Of a stretch of 64,000 nucleotides of DNA, positions 9,492 to 19,509 are shown in pieces. Positions within the stretch are counted from its first letter, which is position 1; each line of letters opens with the position of its first letter. Origin of the DNA: Vulcanimicrobiota bacterium (GTDB lineage: Bacteria; Vulcanimicrobiota; Vulcanimicrobiia; Vulcanimicrobiales; Vulcanimicrobiaceae); assembly GCA_963777315.1 (NCBI GenBank), contig CAVZQC010000004.1:736001-800000 (forward strand), read 5' to 3'. Made by a program: the position numbers and the translations under genes. The notes under the pieces were generated by a model. That model was given only the letters and a program-made list of their open reading frames with translations. It made no database searches and was not told the origin of the DNA.

Positions 9492-11617
9492 TGCACTGGT
9501 TTTCGCCGCGCAGCGCTCCTGCGAAAAGCGCGCCGCCGGACTTTTTTCACGGCAGCCCGCTGCCCATGTGCGTGTACGATACCGCTGCCCAAACGTTCTT
9601 GGACGTCAATGAAGCGGCGCTTCGTCAGTACGGGTACGCCCGCGAGGAGCTGATCGGTGCGCCGATCGATCTTTTGCGGGGGCCGCAAGACGGCGTCCAG
9701 GATTTGGTCGACTCGTTCTCGGGCATTTCTTCGCTGCGTCCCGGCCGAATCTTCAAGCACCGGCGCAAGAACGGCGAGGTGTTCTTTGCGGACGTGCGTA
9801 CGCATGACCTCGTCTTTGACGGCCGCAGCGCCCGGCTCATGGCGGGCGAGGACGTGACCGCGCAAATCAAGGCCGAGCAGGTGCTCCGCCAAACCCAGGT
9901 TGCGCTTTCGCGCGCGGAGCAGATCGCGCACTTGGGCAGTTATGCCTACAACTATCGCACCGGCTTTGCGTTCTGGTCCGAGGAACTGTACCGCATACTT
10001 CGCGCGCCGGTAGGACGCGTCGACGTCGGTGACGGGCTATGGCCGTTTCACCATGCCGACGACGCCGACCGCGTGCGGCGCGAACTCGCGCGCGCGCAGC
10101 TGCATCGCAAAGCGTACGACCTCGAGCACCGCATCGTGTGCTGCGACGGCACGGTCACGCACGTGCACGAGCAAGGCCACTGGATCTTCGACGACGACGG
10201 ACAAGCCGTCGCACAGTTCGGCACGATCTTGGACATTACGGATCGTAAAACGACCGAGTCGTCGCTGGTGGATCTCGCCTACCACGACGCACTTACGGGC
10301 CTGCGAAACCGCACCGGGCTGCGCCAGGACATTCGCCGCATCATCAGCAACTACGAGGGCCGTTCCTTAGTCGGCATTCTGTTCGTCGATCTGGACCGCT
10401 TCAAGATCATCAACGACACGCTCGGGCACCGCGTGGGCGACGCGGTTCTGGCCGAAGTCAGCCGGCGGCTGCGTTTGGCCGTTACGCCGGACGACATCGT
10501 AGCGCGCACGGGCGGCGACGAGTTCATCATCGTTCTGGACGGCATGCCGGACAAAATGTCGATCTCCGAACGGGCAGCCAAGGTCATCGATGCGCTGCGG
10601 CCGCCGATCTTGGTCGGCGAGCACGAGCACTTCCTCTCTGCAAGCATCGGGATAAGTTTGTTTCCGCTCGACGGCAAAGAGCCGGACTCACTCCTGCGCA
10701 ACGCCGATGTGGCGATGTACGCGATGAAACGGCGCGGCGGCAGCGGCTACGGTTACTATACGCCCGACCTGCAGTACGCTGCTTCGCGCAGATTTCGCAT
10801 GGAACGCGCGCTGCGCCACGCGCTCACACGCAACGAGCTCGCCTTGCGCTATCAGCCCATCGTCAGCGCGGCCGGCAGCGAAATCGTCGGCGTCGAGGCG
10901 CTGCTGCGCTGGAACAGCCTGGAATTAGGGCCGATAGAACCGTCCGAGTTCGTTGCGCTTGCCGATGAAACGGGCCTGATCGTTCCCATCGGGCGGTGGG
11001 CGATGGACCAAGCCTTCGAACAGACTGCGGCGTGGGCTCGCGCGGGTTTGCGAACGCGTACCTGGCTCAACGTGTCGCCGTATCAACTTCACGATCCCAA
11101 CTTCGTGCGAACGCTCGAAGAATTGCGCGGCCGGCACGGCCTTCCGGCCGACCTGATCGGCCTTGAGGTCACCGAAGCCGCCTTCATCGATCGGGCGCAA
11201 GAGGCCGAAGCCACGCTGCGCGAGCTGCGCGGAATGGGCGTGGGCTTGGCGCTGGGCGATTTCGGCGTGCAGCACTGTGCTTTGGCTCGACTGCAAACGC
11301 TGGCCGTGGACACGGTGAAAGTCGATCGCAGCTTCGTCGAGTCGGTCGATCGAAACAGTTATCATGCCGAAGTTGCCGAGGCAATCGTCCGGCTGTGCCG
11401 CAAGCTCGGGCTGAGCGTGACCGCCGAAGGCATCGAGCGAAAGGAACAGCTCGAGATGCTGCGCGCCCTGGGCTGCGATGCCTGGCAGGGAGCGCTGTAC
11501 GGCGAAGCGCGCGAGTCCGACGAAGTGGCGCGGCTGCTGCGCCACTGCGAGCACCGCGTCGCTACGGCAGCGGCAGCAGGGACCCCGTCGGAGCCGATGT
11601 TTGAGCGCCTGCCGTAG
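9491..11617 (+). CDS. PAS-PAS-GGDEF-EAL protein, paralogue of upstream gene, with degenerate EAL loop 6
   Basis: GTG at 9491 overlaps upstream TAG; TGGDEF intact; EALLRW present but DDFG is GDFGVQHCALARL. Confidence 0.9.
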   Translation: MHWFSPRSAPAKSAPPDFFHGSPLPMCVYDTAAQTFLDVNEAALRQYGYAREELIGAPIDLLRGPQDGVQDLVDSFSGISSLRPGRIFKHRRKNGEVFFADVRTHDLVFDGRSARLMAGEDVTAQIKAEQVLRQTQVALSRAEQIAHLGSYAYNYRTGFAFWSEELYRILRAPVGRVDVGDGLWPFHHADDADRVRRELARAQLHRKAYDLEHRIVCCDGTVTHVHEQGHWIFDDDGQAVAQFGTILDITDRKTTESSLVDLAYHDALTGLRNRTGLRQDIRRIISNYEGRSLVGILFVDLDRFKIINDTLGHRVGDAVLAEVSRRLRLAVTPDDIVARTGGDEFIIVLDGMPDKMSISERAAKVIDALRPPILVGEHEHFLSASIGISLFPLDGKEPDSLLRNADVAMYAMKRRGGSGYGYYTPDLQYAASRRFRMERALRHALTRNELALRYQPIVSAAGSEIVGVEALLRWNSLELGPIEPSEFVALADETGLIVPIGRWAMDQAFEQTAAWARAGLRTRTWLNVSPYQLHDPNFVRTLEELRGRHGLPADLIGLEVTEAAFIDRAQEAEATLRELRGMGVGLALGDFGVQHCALARLQTLAVDTVKVDRSFVESVDRNSYHAEVAEAIVRLCRKLGLSVTAEGIERKEQLEMLRALGCDAWQGALYGEARESDEVARLLRHCEHRVATAAAAGTPSEPMFERLP

Positions 11618-12215
11618 CCGGAACCCCCGACTCGACCAGTTGGCGGTACGCTATCAATCTGTTCGTGTTTTTCGTCACGTCGAGCTGCAGCTCGTATGAG
11701 TTCTGAATCGCCCTAGTCAGATCGCGCGTATCGTACGTGTACGAAAAGCGCTTGAGGTTCTTCAAAATACTCTTTGTCTGCACGTTGAGCGTCGCGTACG
11801 CTTCGCGCAGCTGCGAACCCGTGCGCTCGTAGGTGGGATAGTTCGAGCTCACGATTTCGCGCTTGAGCCGCGCATCCTCGATTTGCGATCGCAGCGCCTG
11901 TAAGCGCACGCTTTGGGGATCGTACTTCTGGCCCTCGTTGAGCACGGCCAGTGCGTCGTCGAAATCACCCCTGCGGTAATTGCTCTCGGCGATCGCCGCC
12001 GATACTTGCGAGAATCCGGCGCGCGCGCGCGGATCCCGCGGGCTGACCTTCAGGGCCAACCGATAGGCGATTTCGGCCTCGTGCAGGCTGCCGTTCTGCA
12101 GGGCGACGTCGCCCTGATTGACGCGGGTATCGACGATCCAGTGTTCGACGGTACCGGCACAGCCGGCGAGGCTCACGAAGAGCGCCGCGTAAACGAGGGT
12201 GCGTAGAATGTTCAC
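11562..12215 (-). CDS. TPR-containing putative lipoprotein
   Basis: Lipobox-like SLAGC; TPR-like helices (AEIAYRLALKVSPRD, FDDALAVLNEGQKYDP). Confidence 0.7.
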   Translation of the reverse strand: MNILRTLVYAALFVSLAGCAGTVEHWIVDTRVNQGDVALQNGSLHEAEIAYRLALKVSPRDPRARAGFSQVSAAIAESNYRRGDFDDALAVLNEGQKYDPQSVRLQALRSQIEDARLKREIVSSNYPTYERTGSQLREAYATLNVQTKSILKNLKRFSYTYDTRDLTRAIQNSYELQLDVTKNTNRLIAYRQLVESGVPATAGAQTSAPTGSLLPLP

Positions 12216-12224
12216 GAGTCTATG

Positions 12225-13145
12225 CTACCTGCCATGGTTGACGATCCGAGCAACGGCCGAGATGATCCAGGCGGCGGGCCAAAGCAGCGCTTGGGAGACC
12301 AGCCAGCCGATTATCGCCGTCAATGAGAGGTAGAAGACCATTGCCTTGACTTCCTGGTGCGAACGCTCGCCTTTGACCGCTTCGTCGACGATGATCGACG
12401 ACGTCGGATCCACGAAGAAGGTAAAGGCGATGGTCCCGATGCCGTTGATGATGCCGGAGATGCCGATAGCGGTCCTCGCCACGTTGACGTCCAGTACGCT
12501 GGCGTAGTATGCCGCGACCACCCCTATCGCGTAAATGCCGGTCACGACGACGTTGAAAACGAGCAGGCGCCGGGGAATGTTGCGCGCGGAGAAGCTGAAG
12601 ATTTCGCTGTAGTGCGGCACCCGCAGCTGCGAGAGCACGCTCCACAGCACCCGCGGATCGAACAGACGCACCAGCGAGTGCGGAAGCGATTTCGTTTGTT
12701 CGAAGGAGCGCACGCCGCGCACGTACAGGTACGTAAACATCGGCAGCATGAGGCTGCCCAGGATGGTTCCCACCGTGCCGGCCACGATGATCAGCCGCAG
12801 CTGCCATTCGAACGCGTGCTGGATGCCGGCGATCGATGCATGCAGCTGCACGGCCGGCAGATGGCGCAGCATCAGAGCCTTGACGGCGTTTCCCGCCTTG
12901 TCGGAGATAGGGCCGAGCATGAGCGTGTAAACCAGGGTCGCCAGCCGGCTGGCGGTGACGAACAAGTTGAACAGCGAAATCGACGTGGCGATGCGCCCGG
13001 TGCGCACTCCCGCCAGGCGCGCTGCGTACGCGCCGATTTGAATGGCTTGCACGATGACGTTGATCGCCAGCGCGACGACGAGCTGCCACGTCCAAAACGG
13101 AACCAGGGCAGCCCCGGGGTTATGCAGCGCTACGGTTCCATGCAA
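12225..13145 (-). CDS. amj: Lipid II flippase Amj family (DUF2837)
   Basis: AYAARLAGVRTGRIATSISLFNLFVTASR and SGIINGIGTIAFTFFVDP resemble the Amj/YdaH family; start uncertain. Confidence 0.8.
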   Translation of the reverse strand: MHGTVALHNPGAALVPFWTWQLVVALAINVIVQAIQIGAYAARLAGVRTGRIATSISLFNLFVTASRLATLVYTLMLGPISDKAGNAVKALMLRHLPAVQLHASIAGIQHAFEWQLRLIIVAGTVGTILGSLMLPMFTYLYVRGVRSFEQTKSLPHSLVRLFDPRVLWSVLSQLRVPHYSEIFSFSARNIPRRLLVFNVVVTGIYAIGVVAAYYASVLDVNVARTAIGISGIINGIGTIAFTFFVDPTSSIIVDEAVKGERSHQEVKAMVFYLSLTAIIGWLVSQALLWPAAWIISAVARIVNHGR

Positions 13146-14376
13146 CGGACGCTTCGTCGACCGGTCCGAGCACGCACAGACCGAGATTGTTCTCCGCCAA
13201 CAGCTCCTGTGCGAGGGTGTGAATCTGGTCGGCCGTAACGGCCTCGACGTTCTCCTCGATCTCTTCGGTGGTCAGCTCGCGCCCGAGCGAGAACTCACTG
13301 CGGCCCAGCCGGATCATCCGGCTCGACGTGCTCTCCAGCGAGAGCGTAAGGCTGCCTTTGATGTGCTCCTTGGCCAAACGCAGCTCGGCCTCCGTAACGC
13401 GCTGCTCGCGCAGACCGGCGAACTGTTCGCCGATGACCGACACGCACTCGCTCACGTTTTTCGGGGACGTGCCCGCGTACACCGCAAACAGACCGGCGCC
13501 CCGGTACGCCGCTTGAAACGAGTATACGGTGTACACCAACCCGCGCTTTTCCCGAATCTCCTGAAACAAACGGCTCGACATACCGCCGCCCAAAATCGTA
13601 TCGAGCACCGATAGGGCGTACCGGCGATCGTCGCGCACCGAAAGACCGCGCGTTCCGAGGACGACGTATGCCTGTTCGCTGTCCTTGTAACGGAAAAGCG
13701 AATTCGGCGTGGCAGGCGGCGCTTCGGGCACGGGCAGCTCGCACGATCCCTCAAAGGAAGCAAAGCAGCGTTCGAACAGATCGACCACGGCTTGGTGTTC
13801 GACGTTGCCCGCGGCCGCCACGACGACCGAATTCGGCGCGTAATGGCGTTTCATGTGCGCGCGCAGATCGTCGGGCGTGATTGCGGTCACCGTGTCGGCA
13901 AAGCCTATGGTCGGTGCGCCCAAGTTGCTGTCTTGCCACATGGTCTGGATGAAAAGGTCGTGGATCAGCTCGTCGGGCGAGTCTTCGTACATCTTGATCT
14001 CTTCGAGAACGACCTTTTGCTCTTTGCTCAGTTCCTGCGGATCGAACTGCGAGTTCAGGAACATGTCGGCCAGCACGTCGACCGCCAGCGGAAGATGCCG
14101 GTCCATGACCTTGGCGTAGTAACACGTCGTTTCTTTGTCGGTGAACGCGTTCAAGTTGCCGCCTATGCCGTCCATCTCTTCGGCGATACGGCGTGCCGTG
14201 CGGCTCGGCGTTCCTTTGAAGAGCATGTGCTCGACCAGATGAGATATCCCCCGGCGTTCGGCGCTCTCGTCGGCGGAACCGACGTCGGCCCAAATGCCTA
14301 TCGACGTCGAGCGAAAGGCGGGCATCGTTTCGGTTATCACCCGAACGCCGTTGCTCAAGGTGGTCTTGCGGTACAT
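13120..14376 (-). CDS. M16 family zinc peptidase (pitrilysin-like)
   Basis: MYRKTTLSNGVRV start; inverted zinc motif HLVEHMLFKGT; LGGGMSSRLFQEIREKRGLVY. Confidence 0.93.
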   Translation of the reverse strand: MYRKTTLSNGVRVITETMPAFRSTSIGIWADVGSADESAERRGISHLVEHMLFKGTPSRTARRIAEEMDGIGGNLNAFTDKETTCYYAKVMDRHLPLAVDVLADMFLNSQFDPQELSKEQKVVLEEIKMYEDSPDELIHDLFIQTMWQDSNLGAPTIGFADTVTAITPDDLRAHMKRHYAPNSVVVAAAGNVEHQAVVDLFERCFASFEGSCELPVPEAPPATPNSLFRYKDSEQAYVVLGTRGLSVRDDRRYALSVLDTILGGGMSSRLFQEIREKRGLVYTVYSFQAAYRGAGLFAVYAGTSPKNVSECVSVIGEQFAGLREQRVTEAELRLAKEHIKGSLTLSLESTSSRMIRLGRSEFSLGRELTTEEIEENVEAVTADQIHTLAQELLAENNLGLCVLGPVDEASVAWNRSAA

Positions 14377-14384
14377 GTGTTCTC

Positions 14385-14903
14385 TCACTTTAGAGCGCTG
14401 CGCATCCACTCCTGGTCCCAGAACGCGCCGTCCCCCCGCCGCATGCGAGCGACCATGGAATCGGCGCTCTCGCCCCGGCGGACGCTGAGCGTAAAAACGG
14501 TGCGCGAGGTGGGCTTTGCCAAATCTCCCGCGACGACCACGTCTTTGCCCACGCGCAACGGCACGGTCGCCCAGACGTCCACCTCGTTCACGTTCGAGGA
14601 AGTAAACGCCGTGCGCACGATCTGCGCGATCTCGTCGATGAATTGTTCGCGCGTGAGCGGCCGGTGAAAGCGCACGCCGGAAAGGCGCAGCCCCGCGACG
14701 CTCCGCCCGTCGACCGAATCGGCGTAGACGTTGAGCACTTGAGCCGGCCACACCGTCGCGAACAGTGCTCGTCCGATCGCCGCGGCGACCGGTTTGGCGT
14801 TGCCGGACGATCGCGCGTAGGCATCGGTTGCGCCCACGCCTGCGGGCGCCGCCGGAAACAAGGCTTGGGCGAGCAGAACGAGCGCGCTAATAGCTCTGAG
14901 CAA
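14385..14903 (-). CDS. Hypothetical exported protein
   Basis: Signal-peptide-like N-terminus; fills the gap between proS and the M16 peptidase on the same strand. Confidence 0.65.
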   Translation of the reverse strand: MLRAISALVLLAQALFPAAPAGVGATDAYARSSGNAKPVAAAIGRALFATVWPAQVLNVYADSVDGRSVAGLRLSGVRFHRPLTREQFIDEIAQIVRTAFTSSNVNEVDVWATVPLRVGKDVVVAGDLAKPTSRTVFTLSVRRGESADSMVARMRRGDGAFWDQEWMRSALK

Positions 14904-16341
14904 AATACGCGTTGACCTTGGCGGGTTCTCCGCACGCTACGCAGGCCGCACCGGCTTGCTCGAGCGCGCGAAGGGTGCGGGTCGTCGCACCGGTTGCGGC
15001 CTTGACCTGCGCTTCGCAGGCCGGACGATCGCACCACGGTATATCGATCATCCCGGCGCGCGAACTGCATTTGTCCAAAAATTCACCGCGTTCACTCACC
15101 GCGAACGTGTGGGAACGCAAGAACGCATCGGCCTGCGCGTACAGCGCGCCGTGCACTTCCGCGAGCGTTTCGCGCAGCACGCGCTCGAGAGCATCGAAGG
15201 AAACCGCCGTTTTCGCGCCGCTTTCGCCCTTGGCTTTGTCGCGGCGCACGACCATAGCGCTGCCGCTAAGCAGATCGCGCGGACCGATCTCGATGCGCAC
15301 CGGAACGCCGCGCATTTCCCATTCGGCGTATTTCCATCCCGGCGTCTGTTCGCGGGTGTCGACGCGCACCCGAAAGCCCGCGGCGCGCAGTTCGCGCGCC
15401 AGTTCCTGCGATTTGTCGATTGCAGCGGTGTCCGAGCCGGTGACGATCGGCACGAAGACGGCCTCGACGGGCGCGAGTTTGGGCGGAAGGCGCAGCCCGC
15501 GGTCGTCGCCGTGCACCAGAATCGCGGCTCCGAGCATGCGCCACGACATTCCCCACGACGTCGTGTAAACGTGTTTGATCTCCCGGTCCGCGTCGGCGAA
15601 CGTGATGTCGTACGCTTTGCTGAAATTTTGCCCGAGGTCGTGCGACGTAGCGGACTGAAGCGCTTTGCCGTCGGGCATGAGGGCCTCGATCGAAAAGGTT
15701 TCAACTGCGCCGGGAAACCGTTCGCTCGCGCTCTTGATGCCGGCGTACACCGGCACGGCAGCGACGTTTTCCGCGAAATCCTTATAGACGCCCAGCATCT
15801 GCAGCGTTTCTTCGCGAGCCTGCGCGGCGGAGGCATGCGCGGTGTGCCCCTCTTGCCACAAAAATTCCATCGTGCGCAGAAACGGGCGCGTGGCCTTCTC
15901 CCAGCGCACGACGTTGGCCCATTGGTTGATGAGGATCGGCAGGTCGCGATAGGATTGAATCCATTTTGCGTACATCACGCCGATCATCGCTTCGGAGGTA
16001 GGGCGAACTGCGAGGCGCTCTTCGAGCGTTTCTTTACCGCCCTGCGTCACCCACGCAACTTCGGGGACGAACCCTTCGACGTGCGCGGCCTCGCGCACGA
16101 GCAGACTCTCGGGAATGAACAGCGGGAAGTACGCATTTTCATGGCCCGTGGCCTTGAACCGCTCGTCCAAATGCTTTTGCAGATTCTCCCACATGCCGTA
16201 ACCGTGCGGGCGCAGCACGACGCATCCTCGCACCGGCGAATAGGAAACGAGCTCGGCTTTGAGGCAGACCGCCGTATACCAGGCGGAGAGATCGGTCGCT
16301 TTGGAGGGAACTTCTTTTACGAGCCCGTCGGAATCGGACAT
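14887..16341 (-). CDS. proS: Proline--tRNA ligase (archaeal/eukaryal type, no insertion editing domain)
   Basis: AVRPTSE, NQWANVVRWE, PFLRTMEFLWQEGHT, SATSHDLGQNF, CxxC and C-terminal AQSY. Confidence 0.96.
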   Translation of the reverse strand: MSDSDGLVKEVPSKATDLSAWYTAVCLKAELVSYSPVRGCVVLRPHGYGMWENLQKHLDERFKATGHENAYFPLFIPESLLVREAAHVEGFVPEVAWVTQGGKETLEERLAVRPTSEAMIGVMYAKWIQSYRDLPILINQWANVVRWEKATRPFLRTMEFLWQEGHTAHASAAQAREETLQMLGVYKDFAENVAAVPVYAGIKSASERFPGAVETFSIEALMPDGKALQSATSHDLGQNFSKAYDITFADADREIKHVYTTSWGMSWRMLGAAILVHGDDRGLRLPPKLAPVEAVFVPIVTGSDTAAIDKSQELARELRAAGFRVRVDTREQTPGWKYAEWEMRGVPVRIEIGPRDLLSGSAMVVRRDKAKGESGAKTAVSFDALERVLRETLAEVHGALYAQADAFLRSHTFAVSERGEFLDKCSSRAGMIDIPWCDRPACEAQVKAATGATTRTLRALEQAGAACVACGEPAKVNAYFAQSY

Positions 16342-16417
16342 GACCGGCCCCGGATTCGCAGAAACAAGTGCGCCGCCCTTTGATGGGGCGGCCTGCGCGC
16401 GCGTCGAACGGCACTGC

Positions 16418-17026
16418 ATGCCGAAACTTACCCGCATCTACACGCGCACCGGCGACGATGGTACGACCGGTTTGGTCGGCGGTGGTCGCGTGAAGAAAGA
16501 CGACCTTCGCATCGAAGCCTACGGCACTGTGGACGAACTCTCGAGCTTCATCGGCGTGGCTCGAAGCCATTTGGCAACTCGTCTCGAGGCCCACGCAGAC
16601 GTACGGCGTTTGGATGCGTGGCTGGCGTGGACGCAGGACGTGCTGTTGAATTTGGGCGCGCAGCTGGCCACGCCGCTCGACAAACGCCGGGAGGGCATGC
16701 CGCTGGTAACCGCCGGCGACGCCAAGGCGCTCGAGCGCGCGATCGACCGCGCGCAAACCGATCTCGAGCCGCTCGCGAATTTCATCCATGCCGGCGGAAC
16801 GCCGGCGGGTTCGTTTCTGCACGTCGCGCGCACGGTGTGCCGCCGCGCGGAACGGCGACTCGTTTCGCTGCGGCAAATCGATACCGATGTTTCGGCGGAG
16901 TGCGTGCGCTACGTCAACCGCTTATCGGATGCGTTGTTCGTTTGGGCTCGCTGGATCAATCACCGGTGGGACGCTCCGGAGCATCTTTGGAATCCTCGGA
17001 CGCAGCCGCCGGTCGAATCGCAATAG
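16418..17026 (+). CDS. pduO: Cob(I)alamin adenosyltransferase, PduO type
   Basis: IYTRTGDDGTT, RIEAYGTVDELSS, HVARTVCRRAER, YVNRLSDALFV. Confidence 0.93.
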   Translation: MPKLTRIYTRTGDDGTTGLVGGGRVKKDDLRIEAYGTVDELSSFIGVARSHLATRLEAHADVRRLDAWLAWTQDVLLNLGAQLATPLDKRREGMPLVTAGDAKALERAIDRAQTDLEPLANFIHAGGTPAGSFLHVARTVCRRAERRLVSLRQIDTDVSAECVRYVNRLSDALFVWARWINHRWDAPEHLWNPRTQPPVESQ

Positions 17027-17552
17027 CACCGCGCGCGATTCCGTATCGTAGGAGCGCGGCTACCGTAACGGCATCGCCGATTCGCGCCGATGCCGCGGCA
17101 CTTATGGCGATCGCTTCAGGCACTCGGACGAGTTCGATCGTTTCGACCGGCTCGGGCGCGGCGTCGACGTGCTCGATTCCGTGCGCCCAGAACAGCTCGA
17201 TCGGAGCGTTCATGATCGACGGTATCTCGTACAAGGCCCCCAGCGGCTCCCAATGTGAAGCGACGACGCCCAGTTCTTCACGCGTTTCCCGCTGCGCGCA
17301 TTCCAGCGGCGTTTCATCCGGTTCCGCGCCGCCTTTGACGATCTCCACCACCTCGGTTTGAGCTCCGAACCGCGGCTGGCGGCAAAACAACAGATCGCCG
17401 CCGTCGCTTACGACGACTGCCGAACTCGCAGGCGTGACGATGAGAACGTGCTCGCCGCGCACGCCGCTGGGATGAAGTATCGAATGCGCCTCGACGCATA
17501 CATACGGATTGCGGTAGATTTCGCGCGATTGCAGGCGCCGGTAAGCGTTCAT
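16956..17552 (-). CDS. NUDIX hydrolase (ADP-ribose pyrophosphatase-like)
   Basis: Nudix box GGAEPDETPLECAQRETREELG. Confidence 0.88.
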   Translation of the reverse strand: MNAYRRLQSREIYRNPYVCVEAHSILHPSGVRGEHVLIVTPASSAVVVSDGGDLLFCRQPRFGAQTEVVEIVKGGAEPDETPLECAQRETREELGVVASHWEPLGALYEIPSIMNAPIELFWAHGIEHVDAAPEPVETIELVRVPEAIAISAAASARIGDAVTVAALLRYGIARGAIAIRPAAASEDSKDAPERPTGD

Positions 17553-17603
17553 CGCGCGATGTTCTTGTAGGGCGCAGCCCGCTCTTTTGCGAACCGGGCG
17601 GGA

Positions 17604-19109
17604 ATGTCTTTAGCCGCCCGCTTGTTTGCTACGACCAACATCGAGAAGCTGCGCGCTCTTTCGCGACAGAGGATTCTGCGGCGCGCGCTGACCGGCAAGG
17701 ACCTGATCGCAATCGGACTGGGCACGATGATCGGCGGGGGCATTTTTACGACGATCGGCCCGGGCATTGCCATGGCCGGTCCCGCCATCATCATCTCGTA
17801 TCTGATCGCGGGCGCGGCTTCGTTGTTTGCCGCGCTCTCCTACGCGGAGCTCGGGTCGATGGTGCCGATCGCGGGCTCGGCGTACACCTATTCGTATGCG
17901 ACCTTGGGCAAATTGGTCGCATGGATCATCGGTTTCGCACTGCTGTTCGAATACGGCATCAGCGCAGCCCCCGTCGCCCAGCAATTCTCCGGGGCGATTC
18001 AAGCGGTCCTCAAAGACTTCAGCCTGAGCCTGCCTCATTGGGCGCAGACTTCCGCGCTGACCATTTCGGGGTCGTGGTGGATTCCTTCGCACTGGGATTT
18101 CCTGCATTCGCAGTACGATATCGTCGGCGCGATCTTCGTGCTTCTCCTCTCGGCGGTGCTGTCTATCGGCATTCGCGAAACGGCAACGACCAACAACGTC
18201 TTCGTCGTTCTGAAGATCGGCGCGCTGTTCGTGTTCATCATCTTCGGATCGACGCTGTTCCATCCCGCGTACCTGCACGATTTTGCGCCCAAAGGCTGGG
18301 GCCATCTCTCCCCGTTCTCGGGCGGCGGCGGGTTCGGCATTATCCCCGGCGCCGCTCTGGTGTTCTTCAGCTACATCGGATTCGACACGGCCACTACGAC
18401 CGCCGAAGAAACGAAGAACCCGGCGCGCGACGTGCCCGTGGGCGTCATCGGAGCGCTGGCCATCGGCACGCTGCTCTACTGCGCGACGGCGATCGTGCTC
18501 GTGGGCGACGTACCGTGGCAAAAAGTCGATCAGAACGCAGCTCTTCAGGCGGCGCTGGCGCCGCTGCACAATTGGTTTGCGAATATCGCCATAACGGTCG
18601 GCGTCCTGGCCGGAACGACGTCGGTGGCGCTGGCCTCGCTGCTGGGACAAACCCGGATCTTTTACGTCATGGCGCGCGACGGCATGCTGCCCCCGTTCGT
18701 GGCGCGCGTGCATCCGCGGTTCAAAACGCCGGTGCTGATGACGATGATCACCGGATGCGCGGTCGCCGTTCTCACGCTGATCGTTCCGCTGACGCAGCTG
18801 CTCAACTTGGTGAACATCGGAACGCTGCTGGCCTTCATCGTCGTCTGCGCGGGCGTCATTTTTCTGCGCTACAAGCGCCCGGATATCCCGCGCTCGTTTC
18901 GCTCGCCGTTCGTGCCGGTATTTCCCGCGCTGGGCATCGCGTTCTCGGCCTTTTTGGCGGTCTTCGGGCTTTCCCGCGAAACGTGGATCTGGTTCGTGGG
19001 CGCGCTCATAGTGGGGCTGATCATCTTCTTCTCGTACGGTTTCCGTAAGTCCGATCCGGAAAAAATCGAACCCGTCGCAGAACCCGAAGGGCTGCAGGAA
19101 TTCGTTTGA
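17604..19109 (+). CDS. APC-family amino acid permease (cationic amino acid transporter-like)
   Basis: GLGTMIGGGIF, YAELGSMVPIAGSAYTY, FFSYIGFD, AEETKNP; many TM segments. Confidence 0.93.
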   Translation: MSLAARLFATTNIEKLRALSRQRILRRALTGKDLIAIGLGTMIGGGIFTTIGPGIAMAGPAIIISYLIAGAASLFAALSYAELGSMVPIAGSAYTYSYATLGKLVAWIIGFALLFEYGISAAPVAQQFSGAIQAVLKDFSLSLPHWAQTSALTISGSWWIPSHWDFLHSQYDIVGAIFVLLLSAVLSIGIRETATTNNVFVVLKIGALFVFIIFGSTLFHPAYLHDFAPKGWGHLSPFSGGGGFGIIPGAALVFFSYIGFDTATTTAEETKNPARDVPVGVIGALAIGTLLYCATAIVLVGDVPWQKVDQNAALQAALAPLHNWFANIAITVGVLAGTTSVALASLLGQTRIFYVMARDGMLPPFVARVHPRFKTPVLMTMITGCAVAVLTLIVPLTQLLNLVNIGTLLAFIVVCAGVIFLRYKRPDIPRSFRSPFVPVFPALGIAFSAFLAVFGLSRETWIWFVGALIVGLIIFFSYGFRKSDPEKIEPVAEPEGLQEFV

Positions 19110-19138
19110 CGCTACCGGCGACGGGTAAACAAGCATCC

Positions 19139-19486
19139 ATGGCAGCACGAAAAAAAAGCGGCGCAAGCAAAGCCGCAAAAAAATCCAAACCCGCAGCCGG
19201 CGCCCGTAAGTCGACGCGCAAAGCGCCGGCCAAATCGCCCAAGCGCGCAGCAGCCTCCGCCGCCGGCGCGGTGAAGAAGACGGCCAAAGCCGCGGCAAAG
19301 GGTACGAAAAAAGCCGCCAAAAAGGCTCCCGATACCGCTCGCACCATTGCCGACACGATGATGACGACCGGTAAAGCGCTGCAGACCGGAGCGGCCATCG
19401 TCGAAGGCGTCGCGCAGCACATCGAATCGCTGCCCAGCATGCAGAAAAAGCCGCGCGGCGCAAGCCGGCCCCGTTCTCGAACCTAA
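19139..19486 (+). CDS. Lys/Ala-rich histone H1-like basic protein
   Basis: MAARKKSGASKAAKKSK... with repeated AAKK/KKA units; very basic. Confidence 0.65.
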   Translation: MAARKKSGASKAAKKSKPAAGARKSTRKAPAKSPKRAAASAAGAVKKTAKAAAKGTKKAAKKAPDTARTIADTMMTTGKALQTGAAIVEGVAQHIESLPSMQKKPRGASRPRSRT

Positions 19487-19509
19487 CCCCGCGCCGAAGC
19501 GCTAAGCAG

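Noticed and set aside
11562..11617. Convergent 3' overlaps (here and at 16956-17026) as antisense regulation
   Set aside because: The overlapping tails are low-information extensions typical of compact GC-rich genomes.
17610..19463. Long antisense or alternative-frame ORFs (for example 17610-19463, 35278-36960, 49796-50956, 58889-60502, 60771-62738)
   Set aside because: They shadow well-supported genes, lack motifs, and are expected in high-GC DNA with few off-frame stops.
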